Assembly: GCA_951406725.2 (NCBI GenBank)
Contig: OX597814.1
Coordinates: 189,100,001-189,164,000, forward strand
Source of the DNA: Octopus vulgaris
Taxonomy: Eukaryota
Direction of reading: 5' to 3'
Length of the DNA stretch: 64,000 bases
Both the position numbers and the translations under genes were made by a program. The notes under the pieces are model-generated. The model was given only the letters and a program-made list of their open reading frames with translations. It was not told the DNA's origin and ran no database searches. This document shows, piece after piece, positions 40,911-55,468 of this stretch (its first letter is position 1; each line of letters begins with the position of its first letter).

Positions 40911-40960
<50 letters not shown>
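38386..40960. repeat. Large compound microsatellite field: (TA)n, (GATA)n, (CA)n, (TG)n
   Basis: Directly visible; explains the [12 protein letters not shown] ORFs. Confidence 0.9.
40702..40911 (+). mobile_element. Repeat family G copy inserted in (TA)n
   Basis: Matches 36460-36663 (gtcagtgaacagg..gacgaaaatat..cagatcaggtcacttgctatgcaagtac). Confidence 0.8.
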
Positions 40961-40979
<19 letters not shown>

Positions 40980-40980
<1 letters not shown>

Positions 40981-41190
40981 ATGTTTGTTTGTGTGTCTGT
41001 GTTTGTCCCCCAAGATCGCTTGACAACCGACGCTGGTGTGTTTACGTCCACGTAACTTAACGGTTCGGCAAAAAAGACAGATAGAATAATTACTAGGCTT
41101 ACGAAGAATAAGTCCCGAGTTCGATTTGCTCGACTAAAGGCGGTGCTCCAGCATGGCCACCGTCAAATGACTGAAACAAGTAAAAGAGTA
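40980..41190 (+). mobile_element. SINE family B, 3' half
   Basis: Begins at the internal (TG)n and runs to the gtaaaagagta tail. Confidence 0.85.
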
Positions 41191-42149
41191 ACATTCATTG
41201 TTAAATCGCATTGAATTATTACCAGACATAGCAGCAGCTTTGATTAAAATTTCGTTAGAACTTCCATTACCTCAACATTAATAATAGCTTCAAATTTTCG
41301 CACAACACCAGCAATTTCAGGGTAGGAGCTAAGTCTATTACATCAACCCCCATTGCTCTACTGGTACTTATTGAACTTATTGAAAAGCAAGGTGAACCCT
41401 GTTGGATTTTAAACTCAGAAAATAAAGACGGACGAAATGCTGCTTAGCATTTTACCCGGGGTGCTAACGATTCTGCCAGCTCTCTGCTTTACCTCATCAT
41501 TAATCTTAAGTGTAAATATATCCATTTTAGGCATCTCCTCATATGTATGAGTCTTAGATGTCTCCTTCGAATTGTGCTATTGAAAGAAGCTGTTTCCATT
41601 AGACAATTTCGTATTCGAACATTTATAGTTTGACTGGTCTTGCTTTACCTTAATCTGTGAACAGACTGTTGTTGATAAGACATATAAATGTAGAAATTGT
41701 TTTATTTCCTTTATTGCCTTTTCATTATACGTATGTTTTCGAATTCTCCCGGCTGCTAGAAGCTCATTAGGTCATCCATCTTCTGTAGTTTAGGAAACTG
41801 TCAGATAGAGAAGAGTTGCTTTTATTTCATACACACGTTTGTTGATTAAATTGATGAGATCTGTGCGTGAATTTGTATCAATCATATTACATCAGCTGTA
41901 ACTTTAGGAAAAGCAAGATCATCAAAATGTGTGTAGCATTCTTTTTTTCTATAAAAATCTTAGGGTTAATATAAAATAACAAAGACAAAGTAAAACTTTT
42001 GAAGAAGCAATCAAATTATCTACTTCCAGCATAGAATATATTTACTATTAAAAAACCTAAACCAATGCAGGAAAATTGAAAATATATTACAAAATATTTG
42101 AAGTTTTAATATCAAGGAGTCCATTCGCCGAGGTCGACTTTACCTATTA

Positions 42150-42477
42150 TTAATGGTACTTAAATTATCGATCCCGAAAGAATGAAAGTCAAGGTCGACC
42201 TCAACGGAATTTGAACTCAGAACGTGAAGACGGACGAAATACCTATTTTTTTTACTACCCACAAGGGGATAAACACAGAAGGGACAAACAAGAACAGACA
42301 AACGGATTAAGCCGATTATATCTACCCAAGTGCGTAACTGGTACTTATTTAATCGACCCCGAAAGGATGAAAGGCAAAGTCGACCTCGGTGGAATTTGAA
42401 CTCAGAACGTAGCGGCGGATGAAATACCGCTAAGCATTTCGCCCGGCGTGCTAACAATTCGGCCAGCTCACCACCTT
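42150..42477 (-). mobile_element. SINE family A with partial second unit
   Basis: Junction gaaatacctattt at about 42236-42248. Confidence 0.85.
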
Positions 42478-42490
42478 GATGTTGAAGATG

Positions 42491-42562
<72 letters not shown>

Positions 42563-42978
42563 GACTTTCAGGTCGATAAAATAAGTACCAGTTGAGTACT
42601 TGGAAATTCCCTCCTTGGAAATTGTTGCACTTGTGCTAAAGTTTGAAAACAATATTAATTAGCTCACCAATTGCGAAACACTGAACCAACTACGAAACAC
42701 AGCCTTTTCGTTTATTGTCTACCAATATACACTGCCTTTCTCTGTTTTGTAAAACAGAGTTGAACTCTAAAACGAAATCAGTGTAAAATACATGTGCGCA
42801 CGCGCGTTTGTATGCGTGTGTGGATGTGGATGTGCGTAAGTAAGTGTGTGTTAGCGAAGTCAGTGAAGGATATGTATATGTATGTGTCCGTGTGTGTCTG
42901 TGTGTTTGTATGCGCGTCTCTATATATCTATCTATCTATATATAAATATATATATTTATACACACATATACATATATA

Positions 42979-43198
42979 TTATTTCTTTACGGCCCACAAG
43001 GGGCTACACACAAGGACAGACAAACGGATTAAGTCGATTATATCGACCCCAGTGCGTAACTGGTACTTGTTTAATCGACCTCGAAATGATGAAAGGCAAA
43101 GTCGACCTCGGCGGAATTTGAACTCAGAACATAACGGCAGACGAAATATGGCTACGCATTTCGCCCGGCGTGCTAACGTTTCTGCCAGCTCGCCGCCG
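42979..43198 (-). mobile_element. SINE family A monomer
   Basis: Near full length, small deletion in the 3' part. Confidence 0.9.
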
Positions 43199-43329
43199 GT
43201 ATATACATACATATATGCATGCATATATATGTGTGTGTACATGCACTTATAAATACGAACGCACGAACACACACAAACACATATACGAAGGTTGAATGCT
43301 CTCTTTGAAAGTGCATATTCATGTACGTA

Positions 43330-43516
43330 CAGTTCTATATTTAAGAGATGAGGAATTATGTACTTTATTTACATTATTTACATTCGACAGATATCTATCC
43401 TCATCTTGTTTGTTGTTAACACAACGTTTCGGCTGGTTTACCCTCCAGCCTTCATCTTGGGGAAATTTCGAAGCTTGATTCTCATTCCTAAGGTATTTTT
43501 CGATGTTATTATTATT
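43330..43516 (-). mobile_element. Element E copy, 5'-truncated, hammerhead core deleted
   Basis: Reverse complement of 30245-30415; about 7 nt (aggtgtc) of stem I/core missing. Confidence 0.85.
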
Positions 43517-44485
43517 ACACATTCCGTGGCTGAAAATGGTAGAATCAGAATATTCAAATTTTAGAGATTATTTTGAAGTTGACATGTCTGACTCCCTGCC
43601 CCTTGGTAGAATGTAGTCACCTGGCAGAACTTAGAAATTCACTCTGATCTCTTATTCAATGCCTATGTTGGCGAAACGTATTTGATTCTGATTTACAACT
43701 CAGACAGTTCGCATCGTTGCACTGATTTCTAGATGTAAAATATCGGAAGATATTTCTCCTATCTTTTCAGGCCTTGTAAGCTCAAGGATTTCGTTTTGTC
43801 AGCATAACACACGGTTCATTCTGAAAAGTTTTATATAGAACAAATAGCGTACTGAGTCTTTTCACATAAACAGTAAGACATAGTGCTTGCTCTTATTTTT
43901 TGCAGCTTCGACGCAAAGGTTGTCAGTATGTGTGTGCTTGTGTGAATTTCAACGTTTGTAGCCTTTTAAAATTGTTTCTAATATATAGCATACAAGTTTT
44001 GGAATATCTTCATTTTATTGTAATCATATTTATGCCGATCTTTGAATATCTGTATCTGGTAATGATAGTTATGCGCTAAATATCATTTTTGTCAAATAAA
44101 TGAGAGTGCTGGACAGTTTCCAGAAATTTTATTTCATCCTCCCTTTCTACGTACTCTACTTCTTTATCTTCGTCATCGCCTTCCTCCTTCATCATCATCA
44201 TCATCCTAACTACTACTACTAATAATAATAATAATGATACTACTACTAATACTACTACTACTACGACTTAGAACCAAACAGTTTGTAAAAATAAATTCGT
44301 CGAAGTATCGACATTTCAGTTAAAGACGTTCTATATATATATACAAATATCTAGTGTCTCGGAGACAAGAAAAACCTGGGAGCGAGACACGCTAACTTAT
44401 GTAATAAACTTATTCCCCTCAATCTGTTTTCTGTTTAAATTCAGCTCAGTGTGTATATTCATAGATGTTTATATATATATGTATG

Positions 44486-44565
<80 letters not shown>

Positions 44566-45787
44566 TGTATGTATGTATGTATATATATATGTGTGTGTGT
44601 GTGTGTGCGCGTGTGTGTGTGTTTGTATCGATATATACGTATATATTTCAAAAATTTAACAAAAACAACAGACAGAAAATTCGTAGCTAATTCCTCAACA
44701 GTCGACGTTCAAAAGATCCTTACAACTTCGCGCCTTTTAACGTTGATATTGTTCACATTTGGTAGCGCCAATGGGAATAGCTAATAGAGGACAGTGGCGA
44801 AAACAAACACAACAAAATAAAATAATTATGATAATTATACATATACAACAAAAAAAAACATGCAGCCGCAAGACGGATGGGAATTGGGTAATATAAAGGA
44901 AAATGAAAATATCTTGTAGGACTTGAGATAAAAAAGGAGTAGATAGAAAATCAGAACGAACAAGAAGTAATCAAAATGTATAGGAAAAGTATACGCGTAC
45001 AAGGAAGCGCGACCGACCTGCTCATTGGGAAAAGCGAAAACGGATGAGATAGGTTTAAATGGTCACGGATCACGTGGGTGGGAGGAGAGAGAAAGAGTCG
45101 TGGAGTTCAGAAGCAAGAGAGAAAGAGAGTGGGAGGAAGGCAAAAGCGAGGCAAAGAAAGAGAAAGAGGCAGAAATAGACGCCGCACAAAATATATACCA
45201 AGAATATTCTACAAATGAGTGGAAAAATAAGGAGTGCTTAGCGTCATATAAATAATGTTTCAAAAATTGAACATAAACGGAAAATTTAACAAAATCAGCA
45301 AACAGAAAATTTGTACATAATCCCTCCTCAGTGAACTATTTCGCGTCTTTCAACACTGTGTGAGTGAGTGTGTGTGAGAGTGAGTGTGTGTGAGAGTGAG
45401 TGTGTGTGAGAGTGAGTGTGTGTGAGAGTGAGTGTGTGTGAGAGTGAGTGTGTGTGTGTGGTGTGTTATTGCGTCTGTGTTTGTTATCCGCTATAGCTTG
45501 ATAGCCGGTGTAACTTAGCTTTTCGCCAAAAATATAAGTACCAGGCTTAACAAAAACGAAAAACAAGTTCTGGTGTCGATTCATTCGATTAAAAATTCTT
45601 GAATGTGCTGCCAAAGCATGGCCGCTATCTAATAACTAAATCAAATATAAGATAAAATCTCCAGAAAACGAGACAGACATAATAATAGTTATAGTTACGA
45701 TATTGTTATTGTTGTTATTATTGTCATTGTTATTATTATTGTTATTGTTGTTTTTGTTATTATTAGTAACAGTATCATGACTATTAA

Positions 45788-45848
<61 letters not shown>

Positions 45849-45878
45849 AGTATCATTATTATTAATATTATTATTATT

Positions 45879-46433
45879 GAGTGAGAGAGCAGTTCATGCC
45901 ATCAAAGTGACACTGGGGTAAAATATACGAAGCCCAATATACCCATCATGACTACCCGTCTGATAAGGGTACACCAGGCACATGCATCACAACCAAATGT
46001 GCGCGACATAGTGATCTCATATCAAGATAAACAGCACATGACCTTGCAGGTGGGGCCCAGTTAGAATTTTCTTCAGGTTGAGTAGCCCATCCCGCTCAAA
46101 AGGTCCCTGAATAAGGGTTGTTTAAGGATGTTGAAAAAACCACCCATGTTTCCAGAGGTGAATTATTCAAACCCCAAAGAATCCCTCTCAACACATGGCT
46201 ATGATGCTCCCCCACTACTTCTGCTCGTGATCAGAGATGCACATATCGTCAGCCACTAAGGTACATGCTCAACTGGTTATGGTCAAACAACTGACAAGCA
46301 AATCTGTGGTATTGAGCAGAATATTTGCTGTAGCCCATCTTTTATACCAAGACAAAACAATGTACATGATAACACTTCCAATCAGTTAAGATCAGAAGCC
46401 ATGAGAGCCACTGCCTGGTACTGCATCAGGGCA
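45879..46433 (-). mobile_element. Element D full-length copy
   Basis: Reverse complement of 4368-4922 with the same two ends. Confidence 0.88.
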
Positions 46434-46434
46434 T

Positions 46435-46643
46435 TGATAACACTTCCAATCAGTTAAGATCAGAAGCCATGAGAGCCACTGCCTGGTACTGCATCAGGGC
46501 ATGGTACTGCATCAGGGCATGGTACTGCATCAGGGCATGGTACTGCATCAGGGCATGGTACTGCATCAGGGCATTTACTGCATCAGGGCATGGTACTGCA
46601 TCAGGGCATGGTACTGCATCAGGGCATATTATTATTAACAGTA

Positions 46644-46707
<64 letters not shown>

Positions 46708-46752
46708 TATTATTATTATTATTATTACTATTAACAGTATCATTATTATTAA

Positions 46753-46794
<42 letters not shown>

Positions 46795-46852
46795 AGTATC
46801 ATTATTATTATTATTATGGTACTGCATCAGGGCATGGTACTGCATCAGGGCA
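46435..46852 (-). repeat. Iterated 5' end of element D: one 67-bp copy plus nine 17-18-bp units (tggtactgcatcagggca)
   Basis: 46435-46501 = 46367-46433; seven units 46502-46626; two more at 46817-46852. Confidence 0.92.
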
Positions 46853-46869
46853 TATTAGTATTAACAGTA

Positions 46870-46942
<73 letters not shown>

Positions 46943-46990
46943 TAACAGTATCATTATTATTAATATTATTATTATTATTATTATTATTAA

Positions 46991-47039
<49 letters not shown>

Positions 47040-47089
47040 AGTATCATTATTATTAATATTACTATTATTATTATTATTATTATTATTAA

Positions 47090-47138
<49 letters not shown>

Positions 47139-47451
47139 TATTGATGATGTTAATAGTAAATATTGCTTCGTATAACACGAAAAAGTTTAGAAGCATTAGT
47201 TAAATGATGGAATTTATCTGGATCTATAGATACATTTTAAATAACGATAATGAGCTAAAAACCATAGCGTGAGGAAAAGGATTAAATCAAAGTTTAGGGA
47301 GCGGCGTATATATAGATTATCAATATTTGAATTTAAGCAGAATGTAAGCGTAGAACAACGTTTGAAAAACATACAACCCATATGAGCATTTAATTATAAT
47401 GAAAGGAATTAATTTGTGCGGGATAATTTTAGAATATACAGACACTATAGG

Positions 47452-47709
47452 GGCGCAGGAGTGGCCGTGTGTTAAGTAAAGGCGCAGAAGTGGTAGTGTG
47501 GTAAGTAGCTTGCTTACCAACCACGTGGTTCCGCGTTCATAGACGCAGGAGTGGCTGTGTGGTAAGGAGCTTCTTACTTACCAACCACATGGTTCCAGGT
47601 TCAGTCACACTACGTGGCACCTTGGGCGAGTGTCTTCTACTATAGCCTCGGGCCGACCAAAGCCTTGTGAGTGGATTTGGTTGACGGAAACCGAAAGAAG
47701 CCCGTCGTA

Positions 47710-47760
<51 letters not shown>

Positions 47761-47998
47761 CTTTGTGTGTCTGTGTATGTCCCCCACATCGCTTGACAAG
47801 AAATGGTGGTGTGTTTACGTCTTCGTAACTTAGCGGTTCGGCAAAAGAGACCGATACAATAAGTACTAGAATAAGTACTAGCCTTACAAAGAATAAGTCC
47901 TGGGGTCGATTTGCTCGACTAAGGGCCGTGCTCCAGCATGGTCGCAGTCAAATGACTGAAACAAGTAAAAGAGTAAAAGAGTAAAAGAGTAAAAGTGT
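47452..47998 (+). mobile_element. SINE family B with triplicated head
   Basis: (g)gcgcag(g/a)agtgg..gtgtg(g/t)taag occurs at about 47452, 47481 and 47542 before the full body. Confidence 0.88.
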
Positions 47999-48452
47999 AA
48001 ATAGTAATAAAGGAGAGGTATTAAACTTCTTAAAGAAAATAATTATCAGGATTGCTGATAGATCAAGAGGACAGAATATTGTGAAAGTTTCAGATTATAT
48101 TATTTGTTGAGTATTTAAAAGAATTTCTAGAAGTTAGTACGAAAAATGAAAGATGGAGAATATAGCTGGTTAATATCAGCAGAGATATGTAGTATAAGAC
48201 GTAAATTACCTTGGTTTAAGTTCAAATATGTCATGTCAAATGAAATGCCGGTTACGAAGTTATCTGGCACGACTGAATTTGTAAAAACGAATATAAAAAA
48301 AATACATTAAGCTAATTTAATAGATGGATGGATGAAATTATGGAATTAGCATTTAAATTAATTGTTAAGTTTTGGTGTATGAATATTCAGAAGACCAAAA
48401 ATTAGTGAATTACTATTAAAATCTAGAGATAAAGTCGCTCTCTCTCTCTCTG

Positions 48453-48504
<52 letters not shown>

Positions 48505-48654
48505 CATATATATGTATGTATGTATATATTGGAAGAAATGAGGTACTCAGAAATCTGGATGGTTTTATATTTACAGATATTTATCAGTATGTTACATGTT
48601 TTGTGAGTACCTCATTTCTTCTAATATATAATACCTGTACATCATTTCCAAACC

Positions 48655-48720
<66 letters not shown>

Positions 48721-48727
<7 letters not shown>

Positions 48728-49129
48728 TTTTGTTTTTTTTTTATATCTGTCCCTTTTGCTGTCCTGGTGTTCGTATGCATTCGATCCTTCTTCCAGGAAA
48801 TCTACGCTTCCAGCTTAGTTTTTCTAATGCTCGTTGCTTAGTTTTTCTTGGAGGGCTGGCCGTGATCTAGTAATCTCAAGATTAATCAGCCGAAATTACT
48901 ACGATGATCCGGTTCTTGACTGAAGACTGAGGGTTTCGAATGTCCTGTCCGTGTTTATTGTATCGTCTTCTAAGAGTTATACGTTCTTGTCCATGTTGTA
49001 TTTTTCTACATACCTTAACATATATTCCAGGCGCCCCGTACCCCCTTAACTTTAATGTGAGCACATATTCTTAATAATTGGTACGACTCTCTGTTTGTCT
49101 CTCTCTCTCTCATTTTTACTTGATCTGTC

Positions 49130-49167
<38 letters not shown>

Positions 49168-49853
49168 CATCCTCTTTTTCTCTTCTCTTTACCCTCCTAT
49201 TTCTTTGTCTCGCTCTGCACTCACAGGTCATTCTTCGACACCCATCCCTTCTCCTCTCTGATTCCTTCTTTCTCTCTCTTCTCTCTCTTTGTTGCGTTTG
49301 TCCCTCCTCTCTCTCTCTCTCTCTCTCTCTCTTCCTTTGCTTCTCTTTCTTTTCTTTTCCCTCTTCTCTGTCACGTGACTGTTGGCCGAAATCTGCCTTT
49401 CAGCTCCTGACCCTCGTCGTGTTAACATCGTTGTTTTTCGTCCGCCGCTATAAAGGCTTCTTCCAATGCGCCAGAGAAAAAATTTGTTTGCTGTTATCAG
49501 TCGTAAGACACTTGTTGTTTTCACCGTTAATGCTTCTGTATTTCATGTTTCTGTATTCCATTATTGTTTTTTGTTTTTTTTATATCTGTCCCTTTTGCTG
49601 TCCTGGTGTTCGTATGCATTCGATCCTTCTTCCAGGAAATCTACGCTTCCAGCTTAGTTTTTCTAATGCTCGTTGCTTAGTTTTTCTTGGAGGGCTGGCC
49701 GTGATCTAGTAATCTCAAGATTAATCAGCCGAAATTACTACGATGATCCGGTTCTTGACTGAAGACTGAGGGTTTCGAATGTCCTGTCCGTGTTTATTGT
49801 ATCGTCTTCTAAGAGTTATACGTTCTTGTCCATGTTGTATTTTTCTACATACC

Positions 49854-49857
<4 letters not shown>
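48721..49857 (+). mobile_element. (TA)n-flanked element with ~297-bp near-perfect direct terminal repeats
   Basis: 48721-49018 and 49562-49857 appear identical apart from a poly-T length; CT-rich interior; no TG..CA termini. Confidence 0.7.
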
Positions 49858-49887
<30 letters not shown>

Positions 49888-51973
49888 TATACACACACAT
49901 GCACATGAAAGAATGCATAGAGATATGTGCAAAAACTTAAACGGATTATGAAATAATGAAAACATCGTTTACTATAAACGAAAATACCAAATATATAAAC
50001 GATAAGAAAATGTTATAACATATACACTTACAAGCTAAGTTTTACGTACATATGAGAAGCGTATACCCATACACATATTTATGCAAATGTAAAGACACAC
50101 ACACCTTGAAGAAATTATGGATGAAGGATTACAAATATATAAAGCGCAAATAAAAAGGCTTTATATTTATAATCTATCTGTCTATGTATCACACACACAA
50201 ACATACACGCATATATACGTTCATTTCTCCGTCACTTCATGTATACATGTGTGTAGGTGACACATGTATTCATCTAAATGCTAGTATATAAATTCAGAAA
50301 AACCTATATATGTTAAAATATATTTAGAGCAGCTGGAATATACTGATATCATCCAGTGACAAGAGCATGTATTTGCTCGCGTTAAAAGTATAAAATAATT
50401 GTTATAAGGCCGGTCAGAAAAAAAATTCGTTGGTCATCCAGAGTGTTAAAGTCTATAGCAATCCATATATAATAATTCATACTTAAATACTCTGTCACAG
50501 GTGCCAAGAAAGATTAAATGAAAGACAATAGTGTCAAGATTGGATCCTCTCCTTCTATAATTGTTGAGTCATGTCAATCTTTAAATGACAGTATAATTGG
50601 ATGCTCCCCTTTTATAATTGTGGATTTGTGAGTAAAACTCAAGTGATAGAGTATTACATAGAAACTGATATATGTTAAATAAAATAAGAAGTCGGTGCGG
50701 TTTAAGTTGAGAGTATTACAACTTCAAAAACTAGTTAAAACTAATTTAGAGATTAAGCAGTGTTATATACGATGTATTTTTGCTTACAAATGCCCAGAAC
50801 TGTTTTGAAAAGCTCCGTAGCGCAGATGTTGCAAAGTATTTTTCTCTGGTTTATCTAATTCTGGAAGAGTGCTCCATTTTAAATTACACTAAGCGACTGC
50901 GTTTATTTTTCTTTAAATTTCAAGTAAATCTACAGGGAAAGGAGTCATTACTTGTGTTCAATTCCCAAACGTATGCGTACAGCCTGAATTGGAGTTTTAA
51001 AGAGTTAAGACCGCTGTATGCCTCCCACGAATGATTAGTCTGGGCAGTGTCTTGGTATAATTTGTCTTTACATTTTGATTCTAAGGATCCTCTTGCGATT
51101 CATGCTGACTCAAATCATTGCTTTGGTATAGCAACAAAAGGCAGCAAATTAGGAAGATTGTCTGACGTGAATTAAATGTCGTAGCAGAACAATTCTTTAT
51201 GATGTTTATGTCAAAGATTTATATTTTCTATATTTTCCCATCATATCATGGATGGGTGGATTTTCCAAATAAGGCGAAGCCAATTTAAATACTGTGATAG
51301 TTCCAGCTAAATTAAAATATCTATTCTGAGCGTTAGTGTTTCTTTTATTATTGCTATGTATTCTTTTTCTAAGGACGTCATATTGTCTTCGTAGTCGCTT
51401 CTGAAAATAGTATTATAAAAGTACTTTTTTAAAATATCAGAGAATATATGCTTGTTGGCGGAATGCTATCGATGTATTTGTTCCTGGTGCGTGTGTAAGG
51501 AAATTATCTTTCGGTTCGGTGGTGAATATTTTAGTTTTTTCATTAAACCATATTGTATACTCAATGGTTGCGTATTCTATAAATATGTGTAGCTTAAACT
51601 TATCTTCAAGTAAAAACAAATCAACTCTGTACGAGAAAGTACTGAATTAGAGATAGAATCGCACCGGTATGGTTCTTGACTGTCTCCGTCTACCCACTCA
51701 CAAGACATAGGTGAACTCGAAGTCATGGTAAAAGGCGCTGGGAGGATTATTTAGGGGATGAGGAAACAAGTACAACACCGCTATGTAAAAAATATCAACA
51801 CCACTCATTCATGTAACAGTCGTAATATATATTATAACATGTATGAACTTAAACAAAATTAGGAAATAATATCAATTTATTATATGTAACATGTGTCACA
51901 ACGTAGTAAAACTCAATAATTCTTTTGATGTACAATTTCAATAATTAAACGTAGTATATATATATATATATAT

Positions 51974-52025
<52 letters not shown>

Positions 52026-52071
52026 TTATATTTGTATATACATATATTATATGTTTGTATGTATATATGTG

Positions 52072-52109
<38 letters not shown>

Positions 52110-52112
<3 letters not shown>

Positions 52113-52291
52113 AAAATTCACGAAATAACAACAAACGAAGACAGGTGGTGTAGAAAACAAACAGATGTATTAGTATAACGCTCGGGAATTAAGAAAAGGC
52201 TTTTACGTTTCGAGCCTACGCTCTTCCACATAAAGTATCGCAGAAAGAAACAAGGAGAGAAAAAAATGTGTAGTGGCTACCGATCTATCAT
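52110..52291 (-). mobile_element. Repeat family F copy with hammerhead-like motif
   Basis: Minus strand cttt-ATGTGGA-a-gagc-gtag-gctc-GAAAC-GTA-aaag at 52200-52235; (TA)n on both sides. Confidence 0.7.
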
Positions 52292-52297
52292 ATATAT

Positions 52298-52330
<33 letters not shown>

Positions 52331-53450
52331 ATACATTGATGAACAAAGCTTTACGTGAATATGGAAGCAGTTTCAATCGTGGATCAACATCATATTTAAA
52401 AAAGAAAATTGGTTAAAATTTCAGTTTCATACATGTTTCATAATGCCATGTATTTCAGAAGGTGGAAGGGTTTTATAAGAGAATTTTTGTAGTCGGATAG
52501 GATTTGGAAGGATGTTTGTAGTCACAAATACACATATAAAATCACGTTATATGAAACTTAAGGATATAGAACATATATGTGTATGCGTATCTGTGTGTAT
52601 GTTTGTATGTATCTGGGCGTGTTTGAATGTGCTGTTTGTGCGAGCGTGTACATATAATGCGCATACATACATACATGCATACATACATACATACATACAT
52701 ACATACATACATACATACATACATACATACAGACAGACAGACAGAGAGACAGACAGACAGACAGACACACACACACACACACATACATAAATACATGTAT
52801 ACTTACGCAAAGACGTGTGCATGTGTATATAAATACATTATGCATATAATTTTATATAAATGTGCATGGGTATACTTATATGTACCTACATCCACCCACA
52901 CACGCATATATACATATACACGTACGCAAGCACAAACACACATGTACGAGAGCGGGTATGCTCATGCGTGTATAGGAAAGAGAGAATGTCTGATAGGCAA
53001 AAAAGTGAAAATATGTCTGTGCATAGTCATATGTCTATGTACGTTTACGCTTTGTTTTAAAATTTCCTTTTTATCTGGATTCATGGTCCTGCGTGCATGT
53101 CTTTGCGCTGATGCGTTTGTATGTGCGTCTGAGCATGTGCATATTCTTATAACATGCACTAGTTTTAAAGCCTGTGGCATTAAACCAATGTCAATGGTGC
53201 TGGAATAGATATAGAAAGAAATTGTAAAAGGATATATATTATACAAAAGAAACGGCAAATGAGCTCCATAAAGATTCGTCATCTATTTTTTCTATTTTGT
53301 AGATAAGACAATACCACTGCATCTTTGCCTTTTTCAAAACGCGGATTTAATTACTAACGTGTAATTTAACCATGCTTAAATAATTTTACTATTCATAATA
53401 AATGCATTGCCATAGAACATAATCATATCTAACTCCTTCCCCTTTTCTCA

Positions 53451-53482
<32 letters not shown>

Positions 53483-53507
53483 GTGCGTGTGTGTGTGTGT
53501 ATCTATC

Positions 53508-53542
<35 letters not shown>

Positions 53543-53557
53543 TTGTATGTATGTATG

Positions 53558-53619
<62 letters not shown>

Positions 53620-54078
53620 GCAAAAGCACGAATAGTGAATGTTAAATTATACTTTGGTAGAAGTGACAAGAGCCTCGCAACAAATGCTTTGTCTTAAACT
53701 TACGCTTTTATATTTTATTCTGATTTCAGATCCCGCCGTCGACGCCAGAATTTGAACTTACAAGGTAAAATGGAAAGAAATACTGCTAAGAAATTTTCTC
53801 CTACATGCTCACTATTCTAACAGGTCAAGAGTAGTAAAAACATCGGTAATAATAATAATAAGAATCCTCTCTACTCTAGGCACAAGGCCTAAAATTTGGT
53901 GGGAGGAGACTGGTCGATGTAATCGACTCCAGTGTTCAAGTGGTACTTAATTTATCGATCCCAAAGGATGAAAGTCATAGTCGACCTCAGCGGAATTTGA
54001 ACTCAGAACGTGAAAACGGACGAAATACCGCTATACATTTCGACCGGCGTGCTAACTATTCGGCCAGCTCGCCACCTT

Positions 54079-54670
<592 letters not shown>

Positions 54671-54843
54671 AAATTGAAATAGCGTACAAAAAATGCCAGG
54701 AGGACGTGGATGGTTTATAAAGTTGAAGAAATGAAGAAATGTGCAAGACACGCACACGCACACACACTGACACATCTACCCGACGCAAACACACGAAGGA
54801 CTGGCATGAAACAGATATTTATAAAAAAAAAAGTAAATATAAC

Positions 54844-54916
<73 letters not shown>

Positions 54917-55166
54917 TAACATGAAATATTTCTGTTTCATCTAGACATAAGCTGCAATATTTTTGCAAGATCAGCATTTCATATTATGTTTTCTGAATGC
55001 ACATAAGATGCATGACTAAACGCAACGAGCTTTTATTATGTAAAATTTTCAATCTACTTCTTTGACGGCGTCGAATGCTCACTGCAGTCTTGTTGAGAGT
55101 TGGCTGGCGTATTACGTAAGAATGATATACACTAAGTCTACTATGAATATATATATATGTATATAT

Positions 55167-55396
55167 ATTTCTTTACTACCCACAAGGGGCTAAACACAGA
55201 GGGGACAAACAAGGACAGACAAACGGATTAAGTCGATTACATCGATCCCAGTGCGTAACTGGTACTTAATTTATCTACCCCGAAAGGATGAAAGGCAAAG
55301 TCGACCTCGACGGAATTTGAACTCAGAACGTAATGGCAGACGAAATACGGCTACGCATTTCGGCCGGCGTGCTAGCTCGCCTTTTCTGCCAGCTCG

Positions 55397-55400
<4 letters not shown>
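55167..55400 (-). mobile_element. SINE family A monomer in (TA)n
   Basis: Family consensus match; rearranged 5' end. Confidence 0.9.

Positions 55401-55468
<68 letters not shown>

Larger units (their letters stand above)
45690..47140. repeat. (TTA)n field punctuated by aacagtatca units, hosting element D
   Basis: Visible TTA runs with recurring ttaacagtatcatt motif on both sides of element D. Confidence 0.9.

Noticed and set aside
46502-46852. 18-bp repeat array as a CRISPR-like array or an MQYHAL repeat protein
   Set aside because: No unique spacers, no cas genes, eukaryotic context; the unit is the terminus of element D.
48845-48945. Hammerhead inside the 297-bp direct repeat
   Set aside because: A stem followed by GAAA exists, but no arrangement gives both a CUGANGA core and stem I.
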